A model generated the notes under the pieces. It did not search any database, was not told the origin of the DNA, and saw only the letters and a list, made by a program, of their open reading frames with translations. DNA of 64,000 bases from Azolla caroliniana (lineage: Eukaryota > Plantae > Polypodiophyta): positions 7,936,001-8,000,000 of the forward strand of contig JBHGNT010000004.1 in NCBI GenBank assembly GCA_043228905.1. The letters run 5' to 3'. This document shows positions 41,664 through 54,680 of the stretch, in pieces; position 1 is the first letter of the stretch; each line of letters starts with the position of its first letter. The translations under genes were made by a program, and so were the position numbers.

Positions 41664-42255
41664 TTGTGTATATATATGTGATATATATATATATTTATTT
41701 ACTTGGTCGTTGGATGCTGTTGCCGCCAGATGTCGATGGCCGGTTACCGTCCAATTCCGTTTTGGTTGGCCAAAACCCTTACGAGTGGCTAGGTCACCTC
41801 CACTCTTAGTTCAAGTTACCTTAAACTCTCTATGCTCTACACATAGACACAAAGATAATGACTTTTGCTCTACCTTATATATGGGGAGAGCCTTGTGCGT
41901 CCTGTCTATGTGGGATATCTCACAATTTTCTCTTTTTCTTTCGCAACTTCTTACCCACATAAGTTGACACTTAGATGTCCGTTTCTTATGTAGTAAAGTG
42001 CATCTCTTTAAGATCTTCGTCTTTTGTGCTAAGATATTAAACTTACTTAGAATTAGTATATTCACTATTATTGTTTTATATGATTGACACTTGATTTCGT
42101 ACATCTTATGTGATTTTCACACCATTGCCGAAAATCTTCACGACAAAGTATTCCAAGTTAACAGGATCCCTTGCTTCTTCATCAATTGACTCCATTGGTT
42201 CTCGAGATGCTAATTAGAATATTTCAATTTTGTTTATATGCTTAGCTCCAACTTA

Positions 42256-45200
42256 TTAGTCTTGATTTGGACAATCCCAGATACCTTGGATCCGCATTTT
42301 GATGAAGTTGACTTGTTCAGAGTCCTTCTCTAGCGCAACAGAATTCCTAAACATCTTTAGCACACATGCTCTTGTAGTACTTGAATTCATAAAGCATGTC
42401 AAATTGCATTCCCTAACCTTTAACACAAACCACAATAACGTCCATATACTATAATCCAAACATGTCAATAAAGTTATGCACTATACCTGTGCCAGAGAAC
42501 AAATCTAGCACCCAATCATCTGGGTTAGAGAAGAGCTCGATTAGGCGGTTGATCAATCTTTGCGGTTTTTGGTAAGGGTTAACTAAACTCTTCTCACCGG
42601 GTATATGACACAACTTTTTTTGTCACGGTGGGGCACATGATGTAATTGACGACGTTCCTTTCATTCATATGTGCCCAGACCTTCTTCTTTGTGATTGAGT
42701 CGTAGTAACCAATACAGATATGCTCTACCACACTAACCATCCGTTTGCCCGGACTATGTGTGATATTCATTTTGATCCTGTGAAATTCACACATTCAATG
42801 TTACCATTATTACATTGTAAAGTTTTTGCAACATATTTAAACAATCTTAATACTATAACTTACCAATGCATATGTTCGGTAGCATCACAACGTGACTTCA
42901 ATACAGTTGTTACATATAAAGATTGACCCATGCTGTGAAAAATCACAATTCGCCACAACGGTACAAGGGTCAACTCTGCAAAGTCTTTCACCATTTTTTC
43001 TATTTGGGGATATTTGAAAGGCACATCGTCATACATAGAACCTGTGACGCAGAATCCGTATGGAATGTCTGCGATTAACAATGTGTAGTGCCTTTTCGGT
43101 AATGTGCTAAGTATATTAGCCATTTCCCCATTGAACACACTATAGTGCAATTGTAAAAAAGGATCAACCCTGTGCAAAACACTTTTAATGGTCTCCGAAT
43201 CCTCAACCACATCTAGCTCTTTCCCTTTCGTCATCCTCTTCTTGTATTTAGCTCTTTCCAAGTACTTGGAATGCCTTCATTAGTATCACCTATTTTCTTC
43301 GAACGAGGTGGTTTCTGCAATTATTAACTCTATTAGGAAATATTATAACAAAAGCACTTAAAACAACAAAATACCAAGTATTACAACATAGCTAAAACTA
43401 CAATTACACTTACCCATTCTCTAAATAATTCTTCCAAAGCCTTGTACGATGAAGTTACCGGGCATGCATGTTCAACTTCTTCCTATGTCGGCAAGCATAG
43501 CTTCTTCATCATCAACTCTTGAATTTTCATATATACTTTGTGGCTAAAGAAGAAATAGAAACTTCTTCCTATGTCGGCAAGCATAGCTTCTTCATCATCA
43601 ACTCTTGAAATATACTTACTTTTGGAATTCTGTGACCATCTCATCTAAAGAAAACTCTTTTGCCACCACTTGAGAAAGCACAGATTTAACAATCTGTCGT
43701 CCTTGATTCCTTGTAGCCACCGCCATGGCAAGAGCTTCATATCTTCATGCAAGTCTTCAATAATCAAGTCACTCTTTTGTGACTTTGCCTTTATCTCTAC
43801 ATGAGGGTCTAATTTGGCTTTCTTTGTCCGTTGACCTTTTATTTCATTATGCTCCCACATTGAAAAGATTTTGTCTTATAAATCCCAGACCTTGCTAATT
43901 CGAAATGCCAGTTGAAACCACGAACCATACTTTCTTAAGCCTTCCAATTTCATGCTTTCATTGACAGCTATCCCAAACTTCAAGCAAACATTGTCGGCGC
44001 AAACTAGGATGGAGTTTGGAACCATATCTTTTCAATGTATCAAGATATTCATAATGAAAGAATCAAATTCTTTCAATCGATGACATCTTCTGTCGATAAT
44101 CGTTGTCATTGTTATGGTTCCAAGCCAACAACTTGGCCTCCTCGTGTGTAAGTCCGACGTAAACTTTACATTCATCATAATTGAAGAATGGTGTTAGTGG
44201 ATACTCCTTCACAAGTTGTCTCCTCGCTTCTGCTGAATGGGAACCTCCAATGACGTAGTAAGTTTAGTTGTCCCCTGAACTATACATGAAATCCGCAACT
44301 GTTGGACATTGGTCAGTGTCGACCATAACCAAAAATGGCACAATAGTTGCATGTGGATTAATTTTCATCTTACTCTTCAAGTTCTGGACGTGCACCGAAT
44401 GTGGTTCTCTTATTTCAAGCGGTCTTCTCCCTATTACGGGGTCTATAGGTGGGCGATGAATAGATGTGATGGGAAGATGGAAGAGTTGACCCTTCCACAA
44501 CTTCTTCTTAGCGATATTTTCTCGAATTTTATTTTGTTCAGAAGTTAGTACACTAGAGGAGATCTGACCACCTGGAGGGACAACCTCCAGTTCCTCTTCC
44601 CCCTCTGAAAATTCGTGAAGTTCGACTTCTTCCTCCTCAAGTTTTTGTCTTTTCTGGTATTTTTTCTACTCTGGTTTAGACTTTCGAGACTACTTTGGTG
44701 GCGTCTCGTCTTGTTTCGTCATCATTTCACCGATAATATAAGGTCGAAGAGCAACAATTAAATTACTCTTCGTTTGTAGATCTTTTTGAAGCCTTTTGGG
44801 GTGGCTAAATTCTACAATGAAATTCTCCTTCTCCACAAGTACACGCCTTGTGCCACCTGAGCTCTCAACGTCAATATAGATATTCGGTGAATCATTATCA
44901 TCATACTCGATTTGCAAACTTTTCCATAGTTAAAAGTTTTACCTAGATCAAGCTTTCCTTTTCCTTCACTCTTCGCAAATATGAGTAGGGTTCCATCTTC
45001 TTCGCATGTACTAAGCTCCACTCCAATCTTAAATAAATTTTTATTCTAGTCTCATTAATGTTTTCTTCTGGAAGCATTATTTGTTTTCCCTTTGTGTTTC
45101 TGATAGAAGATTTCGACGTTTTGTCACCTCTTGCCTCAAATAATGTTTTCCTCGACATGTCTTTTAAATTATTGTCCATTTCATGCTTTTGCGAAGATTG

Positions 45201-45873
45201 AATCTTCAATTTGAAGGAGGGAACTTTTTGACGTGGCTCACTGTCATATTATACACAAGTTTATAAGTAAAAATTATATTAAAAGACACTAAAATATATG
45301 AAAAATACATGATAACTTAATTTTGTCATAAAAAATTATCATTAATCTATGAGTATTCTATGAAACAATAACTTGTAAAAGCACTCTTTTTATGACCAAT
45401 CTTGCCATATTTTTGGGTTAAATCCATGCACTGCATCGGATTCCCATATGTTTGTACACAAATCTGTTGAACTACATCTTGTTCTCATAGAAAGTATACG
45501 AGAACTCGAGAACTCGATGCACTGCATCAAGTTCTCCTATAAAAGGAAGAGAACTCGATGCACTACATCGAGTTCTCTTGCAAGTTTACGAGAACTTGAT
45601 GCACTACATCGAGTTCTCTTGCAAGTATACGAGTACTTGATGTAGTGCATCAAGTTCTCTTGCTTTTATGAGAGAACTCGATCCACTCCATCGAGTTCTC
45701 TTATAATCATCGACTCTTTAATATGGCTAAAAACATGGTTTTTCGTTTCTAAATTAAGAAAATAACATTAGAAAAAATAATGCTTAAACAAGGAAATTAT
45801 TAGGGAATCTTTTAGGCATCTTTTGGAATCTTTATTTGGAGACATACTTGGTGACTTTCTTGCCCTTGTTCAT
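42256..45873 (-). pseudogene. Spliced ParB/Srx-like domain plus beta-class N6-adenine/N4-cytosine DNA methyltransferase fusion gene
   Basis: ATG 45873; intron 45241-45847 joins in frame; ParB-like YYVIGGSHSAEARRQL..VYVGLTHEEAKLLA..HN (about 44110-44260); motif IV LIADIPY (43058-43078); NPYQKPQRLINRLIELFSNPDDWVLDLFSGT|GTT..RNSVALEKD; several stops and frameshifts. Confidence 0.85.
45508..45700. repeat. Array of five 29-bp palindromes at an exact 41-bp period
   Basis: GAGAACTCGATG-N5-CATCGAGTTCTC at 45508, 45549, 45590, 45631 and 45672 with 12-bp spacers. Confidence 0.93.
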
Positions 45874-45990
45874 GATGACTAGCTGGTGATGAGTGTTGAC
45901 TTGGAAGGCTAAAACGACGACTTGTTTGCTTTGTGCTCTAAGCTTTATGATCTTCTGACACGTGATGTTGACAATGAGGGTAGGTCCACC

Positions 45991-46000
45991 CTTTATATAG
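45991..46000 (-). promoter_or_regulatory. Putative TATA box of the ParB-MTase gene
   Basis: CTATATAAAG on the minus strand about 120 bp upstream of the ATG. Confidence 0.5.
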
Positions 46001-46555
46001 TAACTTATTTTTTTATTTTAAAAATAAATAAAAATTTCACAATTAATTGTTTAAAAAAAAAAGGAAATAAATTGAACTTCATATGAAAATAAAAAATTAA
46101 CATAAATACCTATTTTCTGAAATTTTATTTTGCAAAGAAAATAAATTTGGAAAATTTAGGTTAATTACACATAACCTAAAGAATGATATAACATAAGGTA
46201 ATTTTAATAAATAAAACTTCGTACAAAAAATTAATTATGGGGACAATAAACCTATAAAATACCTTGATTATAAATAATAAATAAATTACATATGTTTTTT
46301 TTGCTTTCTTATATGAACAATTTGCTTTAAGGCAGATGCTAAAATGAGAAGGAGTTTTCTCCATTTATAGTAACGTGTTTGTGGTTCTCAAGTGCTGCTT
46401 TTTAGATGTCTTCCGCTTCGAGTAGAGCTTCTTTGATTTCTGTTGACCCTTATGCCTTGTTGAGTAGCTCATATTTTTCAATTGAGGAGTACAATGTTCC
46501 AAGTCCAGTAAAGGGTTTGCTTGAACGATCAAAGGCTGATAATGATTCTAGCTCT

Positions 46556-48040
46556 ATGTTGCATGTTGCACGAGATAATGCCACCAAGCACACTTTCAAG
46601 AGCCACGGACTAAAGGGTGGCTCTTTGACTCATTAGTGACCCCCTCCCTCATGTATGCATCAGCGGTTTGGGCTCCAGGATTACCATCTTTCATGTGGAC
46701 GCAATTAGAGAGACCATTGGTGATGATGCTATCACGCCAACTCCGAAGCAAATCGACTGTACCACATGACATTATTAGGGCTGAGTTCACGTTACCCCCA
46801 ATGTTAGTAGAGGCACTTTTTCAACTTGTAGTCTTCATTCATAGGATACATAGCCAACCACATGATAGAATATCTCATCAAGCCTTTAAGGCCTCTCGAT
46901 CATTGTATGAGTCTGGCTATACTAGCTCATGGTATGGCATGATGGTGAGTTGGCTTCTTGCGAATGGTCTAGACATTAATAACCTACCTCCCCTTAGGTA
47001 CAACCACACGAGTGATAACACTTTAATCTCTCATGAGGACCGCAATAAAGTAATACGCCAAGAAATATGGCAAATTTACTCTCGGTGTAAATGGATCACC
47101 CCACTAGAGCCACTCCCATCTAAAATGTTGTACTATAAGAAACACTTCATGCACTTCTCTGAGTTAGGTTTTATCATGCGGCCAAAATATCTAGATGTAT
47201 TCTTACCACATGCACTAAGGGTTGCCATTGGACAACTTAGAATATCATCTCACCAACTTGAGATTGAGAATGGCCGTACTAGTGGAGTCCCTAGGGAGGA
47301 AAGGATATGTAGGTTATGTCACATAGAGATAGAGGATGAGTACCACTTTACATGCAAGTGTCCAACCTATGCTGAGATAAGGGCAAAATACCAAGACATA
47401 CTTGGTTCGTCTCCCACCCTCCCCAAACTATTAGATACTCTAGATATAAAGAAATTAGGCAAATACATTCTAGAGCTAAAACAACACAGAGAGAATAAGT
47501 TACAAAATGTTGACAATAATGTTGCTAATGATCACAAACATGTAACAAATGAAGTTTTTCAGGAACAGGAGGAGACAACGAATGCTGACACACTTGCACC
47601 ACTCGGCCTTTCCATTGATGAGGCAGAAAACCAGAGAAGAACCAGACGTCCTCGGGTGCCGGGTTTCAAAGCAACTCGACGTGATGTGGAAGCAATATTG
47701 AGAATAAGGGAACATGAGCTACACCGCCTAGAAGCCATGGCCAGGGCACTCTCTACATTGGAACCACGGGTCACACCCACATCAAGACCCTTTGACCCCC
47801 CACTTCTTTTCGAGAGGCTTGGGTGGAAATAAAATTAGGCTTAGTGTATAGTCACTTTCGAGTATACTACGTATTGTACACTACTAGAACTCTTTTAGTT
47901 TAAGTTCTATTTTTTACTTAATTTTATTTTAGTTATGATGACTGGATAAATACTCTTTTGTTGTAAACCAATTGTCTCATGGGCCAAATTTGGCCTTAGA
48001 AGACGTTAATATATCTTTCTTTCTTTCTTTCTTTCTTTCT
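46556..48040 (+). mobile_element. 5'-truncated non-LTR retrotransposon (RTE/RTEX-like ORF2 C-terminus)
   Basis: 398-aa open ORF 46636-47832 with LRISSHQLEIENGR..REERICRLC..EDEYHFTCKCP; (TTTC)n tail; flanking TTCTAGCTCT/TTCTAACTCT as probable TSD. Confidence 0.88.
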
Positions 48041-48531
48041 AACTCTCTTTTCTCAATCGATCCTTATAGGAATGCGAAATACTGGTTTGCAATGTGCTAG
48101 TAGTGAGTTGAATGAAAACTCAATAGATGAAGTTTCCGAGTCCAAACCTTTAAGTTTTAAATGAGTTCCTTGACAAGTTAGCGTCAAGAGATTTAACTTT
48201 CTATGTTCTGATCGACAAATTGTTTGTGATTCAAGTAAGTCATGTTGTGGTAATCTATGCCTTAACAAATTTGGAAGGATAGTTTACGAAGAATGCGAGA
48301 TAAGTATTTATCACTTAATGGTGATGAACAAGATGCATTTCTTATTTCACATCTGCAACTTGCTAGAGATCAGGGCACAAGGACGCATGTGGAATATTTT
48401 CTTGATTGAGCTGCAGGTTTTAAAGTAAGTGTTGTAAAGTTGCAGCTTTAAAATTGCTCATAACATTGGGAAAATGAGGCTTCAAAGGATCCAGGAAACG
48501 TATGGTAAAGGGATTGTGGATACCTTTCGAT

Positions 48532-51500
48532 AGACTAATTATATGGTTACGTTAAGCAGCGGAAGATTAGTATGATATGCGCGTGAGAGTGTGTGAGAGG
48601 AAGAGAGAGGGAGAGGAAGTTACACTTGAACACAAAGATAAATGGGGGATGATTGACTATATTGAAAAGTGTCATCAACTACAAAAATACCCACAATGAG
48701 GTATATATACAACCCATGTGCAAAGGTGCACATGTGTGGGTAGGACATAGGTACTTATGTGTAAGTCCTACATTAAATGTACTAAGGAGTGGAGGATCTA
48801 GAATATCCCACTTAAGTACAAGGTCCTATTTAAAGGCTTAAGGTCAACACATTAACTAGATTCGATCTAGGTAACTACTAAGTTACATGTGTTGACTAAC
48901 TAGATTAAACTAGTTGAGCTTGATATCTCAACACGCCCCCTCAAACTCAAGTGTGAGGTGTCCAACATCCGGTTTAGCTTCCTTTGGCTTCGTCGGCATC
49001 GGTGCGGCTTGCGGCTTTCTTCGCGGCGTTGCGCGGCTTTCTTCGCGTCTTCGCGGCTTCGTTGCGCGGTTCTCCACGGCTTTGTTGCGCGACTTTGCAC
49101 AGCTTTCTTCACGTATTCGCGGTTTTCTTCTCCCCCTCAAGCCTGTGACGAAGGCTTGGATCCTCAGGCTCTTGTTCAGCCACTACCTTCATCGTGAGGG
49201 CATAGTGATGGGCCATATACTCGTAGGCGTAACGAGTGACTTGAGTCTTCGCTCGTGATGAGCGGCGGAGTTTCTCGTTTGTTGATGTGAGCGCCTTCTT
49301 TACTCCGGGTGTCCTCATGATGGATACACCGAACTCACTGTCTAGTGAGCGAGCCGAATCATCCGAATCACGGTCGTCGGGGTGGACCTCGACTTCGTAT
49401 TCGGGCATCTTACCTTTGCCTTTGTCCGGTGTCGGACTTGGCCGCGACTTGTTTTCATCGCGTGGAGGCTCTTGTGGGCCAATTAGCTCGGTAGAGCTTG
49501 GATTGTCCTTCGGTGGAGGACTTGGCCGAGTTTCGTCGTCCGAGTTGGCGTTCAACTCTTCCTCGATTGGGTCGGATGGAGTCGCATCGGGCTTATACCA
49601 AGATGCCGATTCGTCGAAAACGACGTCGCGACTTATCCGCACCGCTCGGGTTGAAGGGTTGAAGCATTTGTATGCCTTTTTCGCGGACAAGTATCCTATG
49701 AGGATACATTCCTCCGACTTTGCGTCGGGCTTCTCTCGACTTTCGTTCGGGATGCATACATTCGCAATGCTTCTGAACACCTTGAGGTGCGAGAGGATGG
49801 GCTTTCTTCCAACGAAAATCTCTTATGGAGTAAGCTCGTGCACGCTATTTGTGGTGCATTGATTCATGAGATAGACGGCCGTGGATGCCGCTTCCGCCCA
49901 ATAGAAGTTCGGCATGTGCTTCTCACGCATCATGGCGCGTGCTACCTCGAGTATTTGCCGATTCTTTCTCTCGGCTACTCCGTTTTGTTGGGGAGTGTGT
50001 CGGCATGAGAATTCTCTACGAATGCCTTCACCTTGGAGGTAGGAGGTGAACTCGTCGGAGAAGTACTCCTTTCCTCCGTCCGTTCGTAGGCATCGAATGT
50101 GCCGACCGGTTTCTTTCTCCACTTGGCTTTTGAGGCTTTGAAAGTGGGAGAGCACTTCGCTCTTCTTCTTCATCGGGTATATCCACGCGTAGCGCGGGTG
50201 GTCGTCGATGAAGGTGATGTAGTAGCGGCATCCGCCGAGCGTCGGCGTTTGAGCCGGTCCCCATACATCCGAGTGTATGACGTCAAGGAGGCCTTTGCTT
50301 GTGGACCTCTACTTCGGGAATGGGAGTCGATGTTGTTTGCCGAGTTGGCATGCTTCGCACACTCGGTCGACTCGTTTCGATTCGAAGGCCGGGAGTCCAA
50401 TTACGACTCCCTTTGACTACATTCCGCGAAGCCGTTGGAGGTTTACGTGGCCGATTCGCTTGTGCCACAACTCGATGTTTGTCTCGGTCTTGAGACCTTT
50501 GGCGTACATGGCCGATTTTACCTCGTTTGAGTCGAGGATGAACAAGCGACCGTCTCTCCGTCCCTTGGCTATGAGTCGGCCGTCTTTCTCAATGAAGCAA
50601 CCTTCATTGTTGAAGCGGACTTGCATGCCTTGCTCCACGATTTGGCCGACCGAGACCAAATTCTTTGTTATTGTGGGCACGTGCAAGACATTCTTGATGC
50701 AAGTTTGCTCGCCTTCTTTCCTGAATGGGACATCGCCGATGTGCCGAATGGGATGCGGAGTGTCATCTCCGGTCTCTATGTAGCCGGGTCGATCCGGCGT
50801 TCGCAAGTCGCGAAACCATTCTTGGTGCGACATCATGTGGTGCAAGGCGCCGGAGTCTACGAACCACGCGTGTTCGGAGTTGGAGGTGCTTGCGGAGTTT
50901 GCGGGATCGGAGGCCATCATAGAGTTCACTCTATGCCTCATCACGAAGAGTCCGCCATAGTCCACGTATTCCGCATTCGCGGCGTAATTTGTGAGTTGTC
51001 GGCTTGTTGAGGCCGACTCGCTTCGTCTTTTTCGGCACTCCTCTTCGCGATGGCCGATTTTGCTGCAGTAGTTGCACGTAGGTGGCGTCGTTCGCCGACC
51101 TTGTTCGGCATGGAAGCTCCCCCTTCTTGTGAAGGTTCATCGATGGCTTCCGTTTCCTTGCCGAAATTGTGAATTCCCTTCGTGGGATAGGTCGAATTGA
51201 CCTCTTCCGCGTCGACCTGTCTATGGGCACCATCCGTATCGGAGAAGAGCATTTGTTCTTCCGATGTGTTGGTCTTTGGTTGAAAGTGGTTTTCTTCGAC
51301 CAATAGCATTGATTGGAGGTTGAAGAACGAGGGAGGGGTATCTCTTGCCAAGATTGCCGTTCTCAACGGGTTGAATTGTTGTGCGAGGCCGCCCAAGCAT
51401 ACTTGCACCATCTTGTCCTCGTCGATGTTGACGTTGATGGAGCCAAGAGAGTCGCAAATGCTCTTGATCTTGGCGGTGTAGTCCGTCACGGACATTTCTT

Positions 51501-52466
51501 TTTGTCGTATGTTGTTCAACTCTTGCCGGAGTTGAAGCTTGCGCGCGGATGTGTCCGCGGCGAAAATCTTCTTGAGATTTTCCCACGCCTCTTTGGGCGT
51601 CTTGGCGTCACGAATGTGGCTAAGCATGTGGTCGTTTACACATGTTGCCAAGAAATACATTACCCAACTTGCGCCTTGCTCCCACGTTGGGTAGTTGGCG
51701 TGTGTGGTTTCGGGTTTGTTTTCTTGTGCGCCGTTGATGTAGCTCCAATACCCTTGGCCGACAAGGTATTGATTCATCTTGTACTCCCAAGATGAATAGT
51801 TGCTCCGGTCTAGCTTTTCGCTAGGGAGTGAGCTTCCCATTTGTTTGTTCATGTTGATTGTTGTGTCTTCCGTTTTGTTTTTCTTCTCTTGGTCGCGTGC
51901 ACGTCCTTCGTAGAGGCACTACGGTAGCGGATAACGAATAGCCGGGATTTGTTGTCGGCGTCTCGAACACACAATCACGAATAAGCGGTGGGCTTAGTGG
52001 ATTTCCTAAACCACGCGCTCTAATACCATGTTAAGTAATTAGGTAATTAACTAGGGTTAATTAGAGACTAATTATATGGTTACGTTAAGCAGCGGAAGAT
52101 TAGTATGATATGCGCGTGAGAGTGTGTGAGAGGAAGAGAGAGGGAGAGGAAGTTACACTTGAACACAAAGATAAATGGGGGATGATTGACTATATTGAAA
52201 AGTGTCATCAACTACAAAAATACCCACAATGAGGTATATATACAACCCATGTGCAAAGGTGCACATGTGTGGGTAGGACATAGGTACTTATGTGTAAGTC
52301 CTACATTAAATGTACTAAGGAGTGGAGGATCTAGAATATCCCATTTAAGTACAAGGTCCTATTTAAAGGCTTAAGGTCAACACATTAACTAGATTCGATC
52401 TAGGTAACTACTAAGTTACATGTGTTGACTAACTAGATTAAACTAGTTGAGCTTGATATCTCAACA
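48532..52466 (-). mobile_element. Ty1/Copia element C5 lacking RT and RNase H
   Basis: LTRs 48532-48933 (truncated) and 52029-52466; PBS 52017-52028; PPT 48934-48941; gag, PR and INT only. Confidence 0.92.
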
Positions 52467-54680
52467 GGAATTATAGGCCGTCATTGTATAAATTGGATGC
52501 ATGTCTATTTCTCTAAGCATTGCGATATCATGCCTACTACTGGACTAGTCATATAACTTTACTCGACACGAGGTTTATCAAGAATATAAGGATGACATGT
52601 TGTTACAATGTGTACCTTATGTACAATATCGACATTTCAATAGATTATGGAAGCTACAATTTAACAATGTCGTTATACCACGAAAGGTTCGCATGGGTGT
52701 ATGTTTAGTTTGTGCAAGTTTAAAGAGCATGGCAAAAGGTGGGAAAACTGATGACGAAATAAAAAATTACAAGAACATACTGAAAGATCATCGCAAGAGT
52801 CAAGCATTGGAACGTTCTAAAGCTATGCATCACCGTCAAAAAGCTCTTCAATCACTTGGAAAGTATATAGGTATAGTTATTGATGGGATGGATCAAAAGA
52901 AGACCTGTTTGCCACACTTTCACAGGATGGCAAGGACATTGGAGATGAATGCCTTGTGCAGATACATTTAGTTGGGTGTTTGTTGTACTCCCAAGAAATA
53001 AAGCCATAGGTATACTTAACCTATCCCAATTTTCACAATGACCCCAATTTTACAGTCACAGTCATGCAAAGAGCGTTACAATCTTGGCCAGCTATACTCC
53101 CACCTGTTCTATATGTCCAGCTTGACAACACAATTAGAGAGAACAAAAACTCAATGGTTTTTTGTTATTTGAGTATGTTGGTAGAAAAGGGTATATTCAA
53201 GAAGATCAAGGTAAACTTCTTGCTCGTTTGACATACACATGATCATATAGATAAAATGTTTAGCAGATTCTCAAAGAAATTAGCAGAATGTGATGGCTTC
53301 ACGCTTCCCATGCTAACCAAGTTGATGAGTGAAGCTTACACACCTAAACTAGAAGTACATCATTTGAATGAATTGTATGATTTCAAACGCTTCTGCAATG
53401 TAGGTGATGGTATGAAGATCAAGGTTCTTGCATCTCTTAATAATATTAGTTTTAACCATGTCTTCCTAATCAAACGAGATGTTATAAGCCACAACACAAC
53501 TCTCCTGTTTGCGAAACAATACTCATCGAGTAAACAAGGGGAGCCACAAGAGGGTTGTAAGTTCTTACTTCATATCCCAAATGATGAAATTCCTAGCGCT
53601 TAACAAATGTTGTATGGTGCTCGTAAGAGCTTCTGCCATTTCTATTGAAGAGCAAAAGATATATTGGGAGCAATCCTTCAGGAAAAAATAAAAAATATTG
53701 AATGAACAAAGAGGTATGTAGGTGACCAAAATGTTGACTGGTGGGATATCTTCTTCGACCACCAACGTACAATTTTACAGAACTATATTGCCAGATATTG
53801 GCCACTCCAATTTTAATTCACATGGACTGTTAGTATGCCATCTCACGTGTCTACCTCTCAACATCGATTAGTAGATAATATGGAACTCAATACTCTAGTT
53901 CACCTACAACAAAGAGATATTTATGTGGGACCAAGAGTATCATGTACAATCCGGGCAAGATGGCAAGGAAATTTACATGAGCTACAAGTTGGGATGTTGG
54001 TTACAACATTAGCGAGGGATAACGAGTTTGACCATCCATTTTGGGTTGCTAAGATTCTTGAGATAATAAAGAATGACCAAAGTAATCAACTTAAGTCAAT
54101 TGTGGTCCATTGGTATGACACATCTTCCCTAGATGCATTTACTAGAAAGTATTCTCTAGAGATGGTCAAGGACATCGAAGGCACGAGCAAAAAGCGAAGA
54201 AGAAAAAATGTACCTAGTATATCAACTCTCACACTTGATTCTAATGATATACTTGTGTATGACTTCTCTTTAAATAAAACAGGCCATCTGAGACAAACTA
54301 CAATCAAAATATTAAAAGAGAAGCTCCCAAATGTAGCAAGAAACAACCCAAAGACAAACAAGAAGCATGTCTCATAACCATGTTTCAATTGGTTTGCAAT
54401 TGGATGAAGAAGATGCATTAGTCTCGAGTGAGGAAGAGGACGAGACTTCACAATGTGCTACAAGTTCATCAGATGGGTCTGAAAATGATGGAATAGACTT
54501 GGAAAGTGGTCACAATTTTCACTCATAAACTGTCACTGACATGACAACAACTATGCCAAGATTAGAACTATTGACCTCTCATATTATAGTCAAATGTTAT
54601 ATTGTAACCAACACATCCAAGTACATGGTCGTGAACTATGTATATCTTCATAGATTATCTATTTCAAGTTCTAGGAGTTT

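Larger units (their letters stand above)
46406..54430 (+). pseudogene. Sola-like DDD transposase (DUF7869-like), interrupted by a LINE and a Copia element
   Basis: Cys-rich N-terminal remnants SCCGNLC (about 48240) and CCKVA..KIAH (about 48430); C..C..H (VCLVC..DH); IDGMDQKKT.LP (about 52880); LYVQLDNTIRENKN (about 53110); FLLV*HTHDHIDKMFS (about 53220). Confidence 0.8.

Noticed and set aside
42256-44500. Bacterial contamination as the source of the ParB-MTase
   Set aside because: It has GT-AG introns, decays like the neighbouring plant transposon sequence, and is contiguous with plant retroelements.
45508-45700. CRISPR array
   Set aside because: Spacers are only 12 bp and related to each other, there are no cas genes, and the context is a eukaryotic intron.
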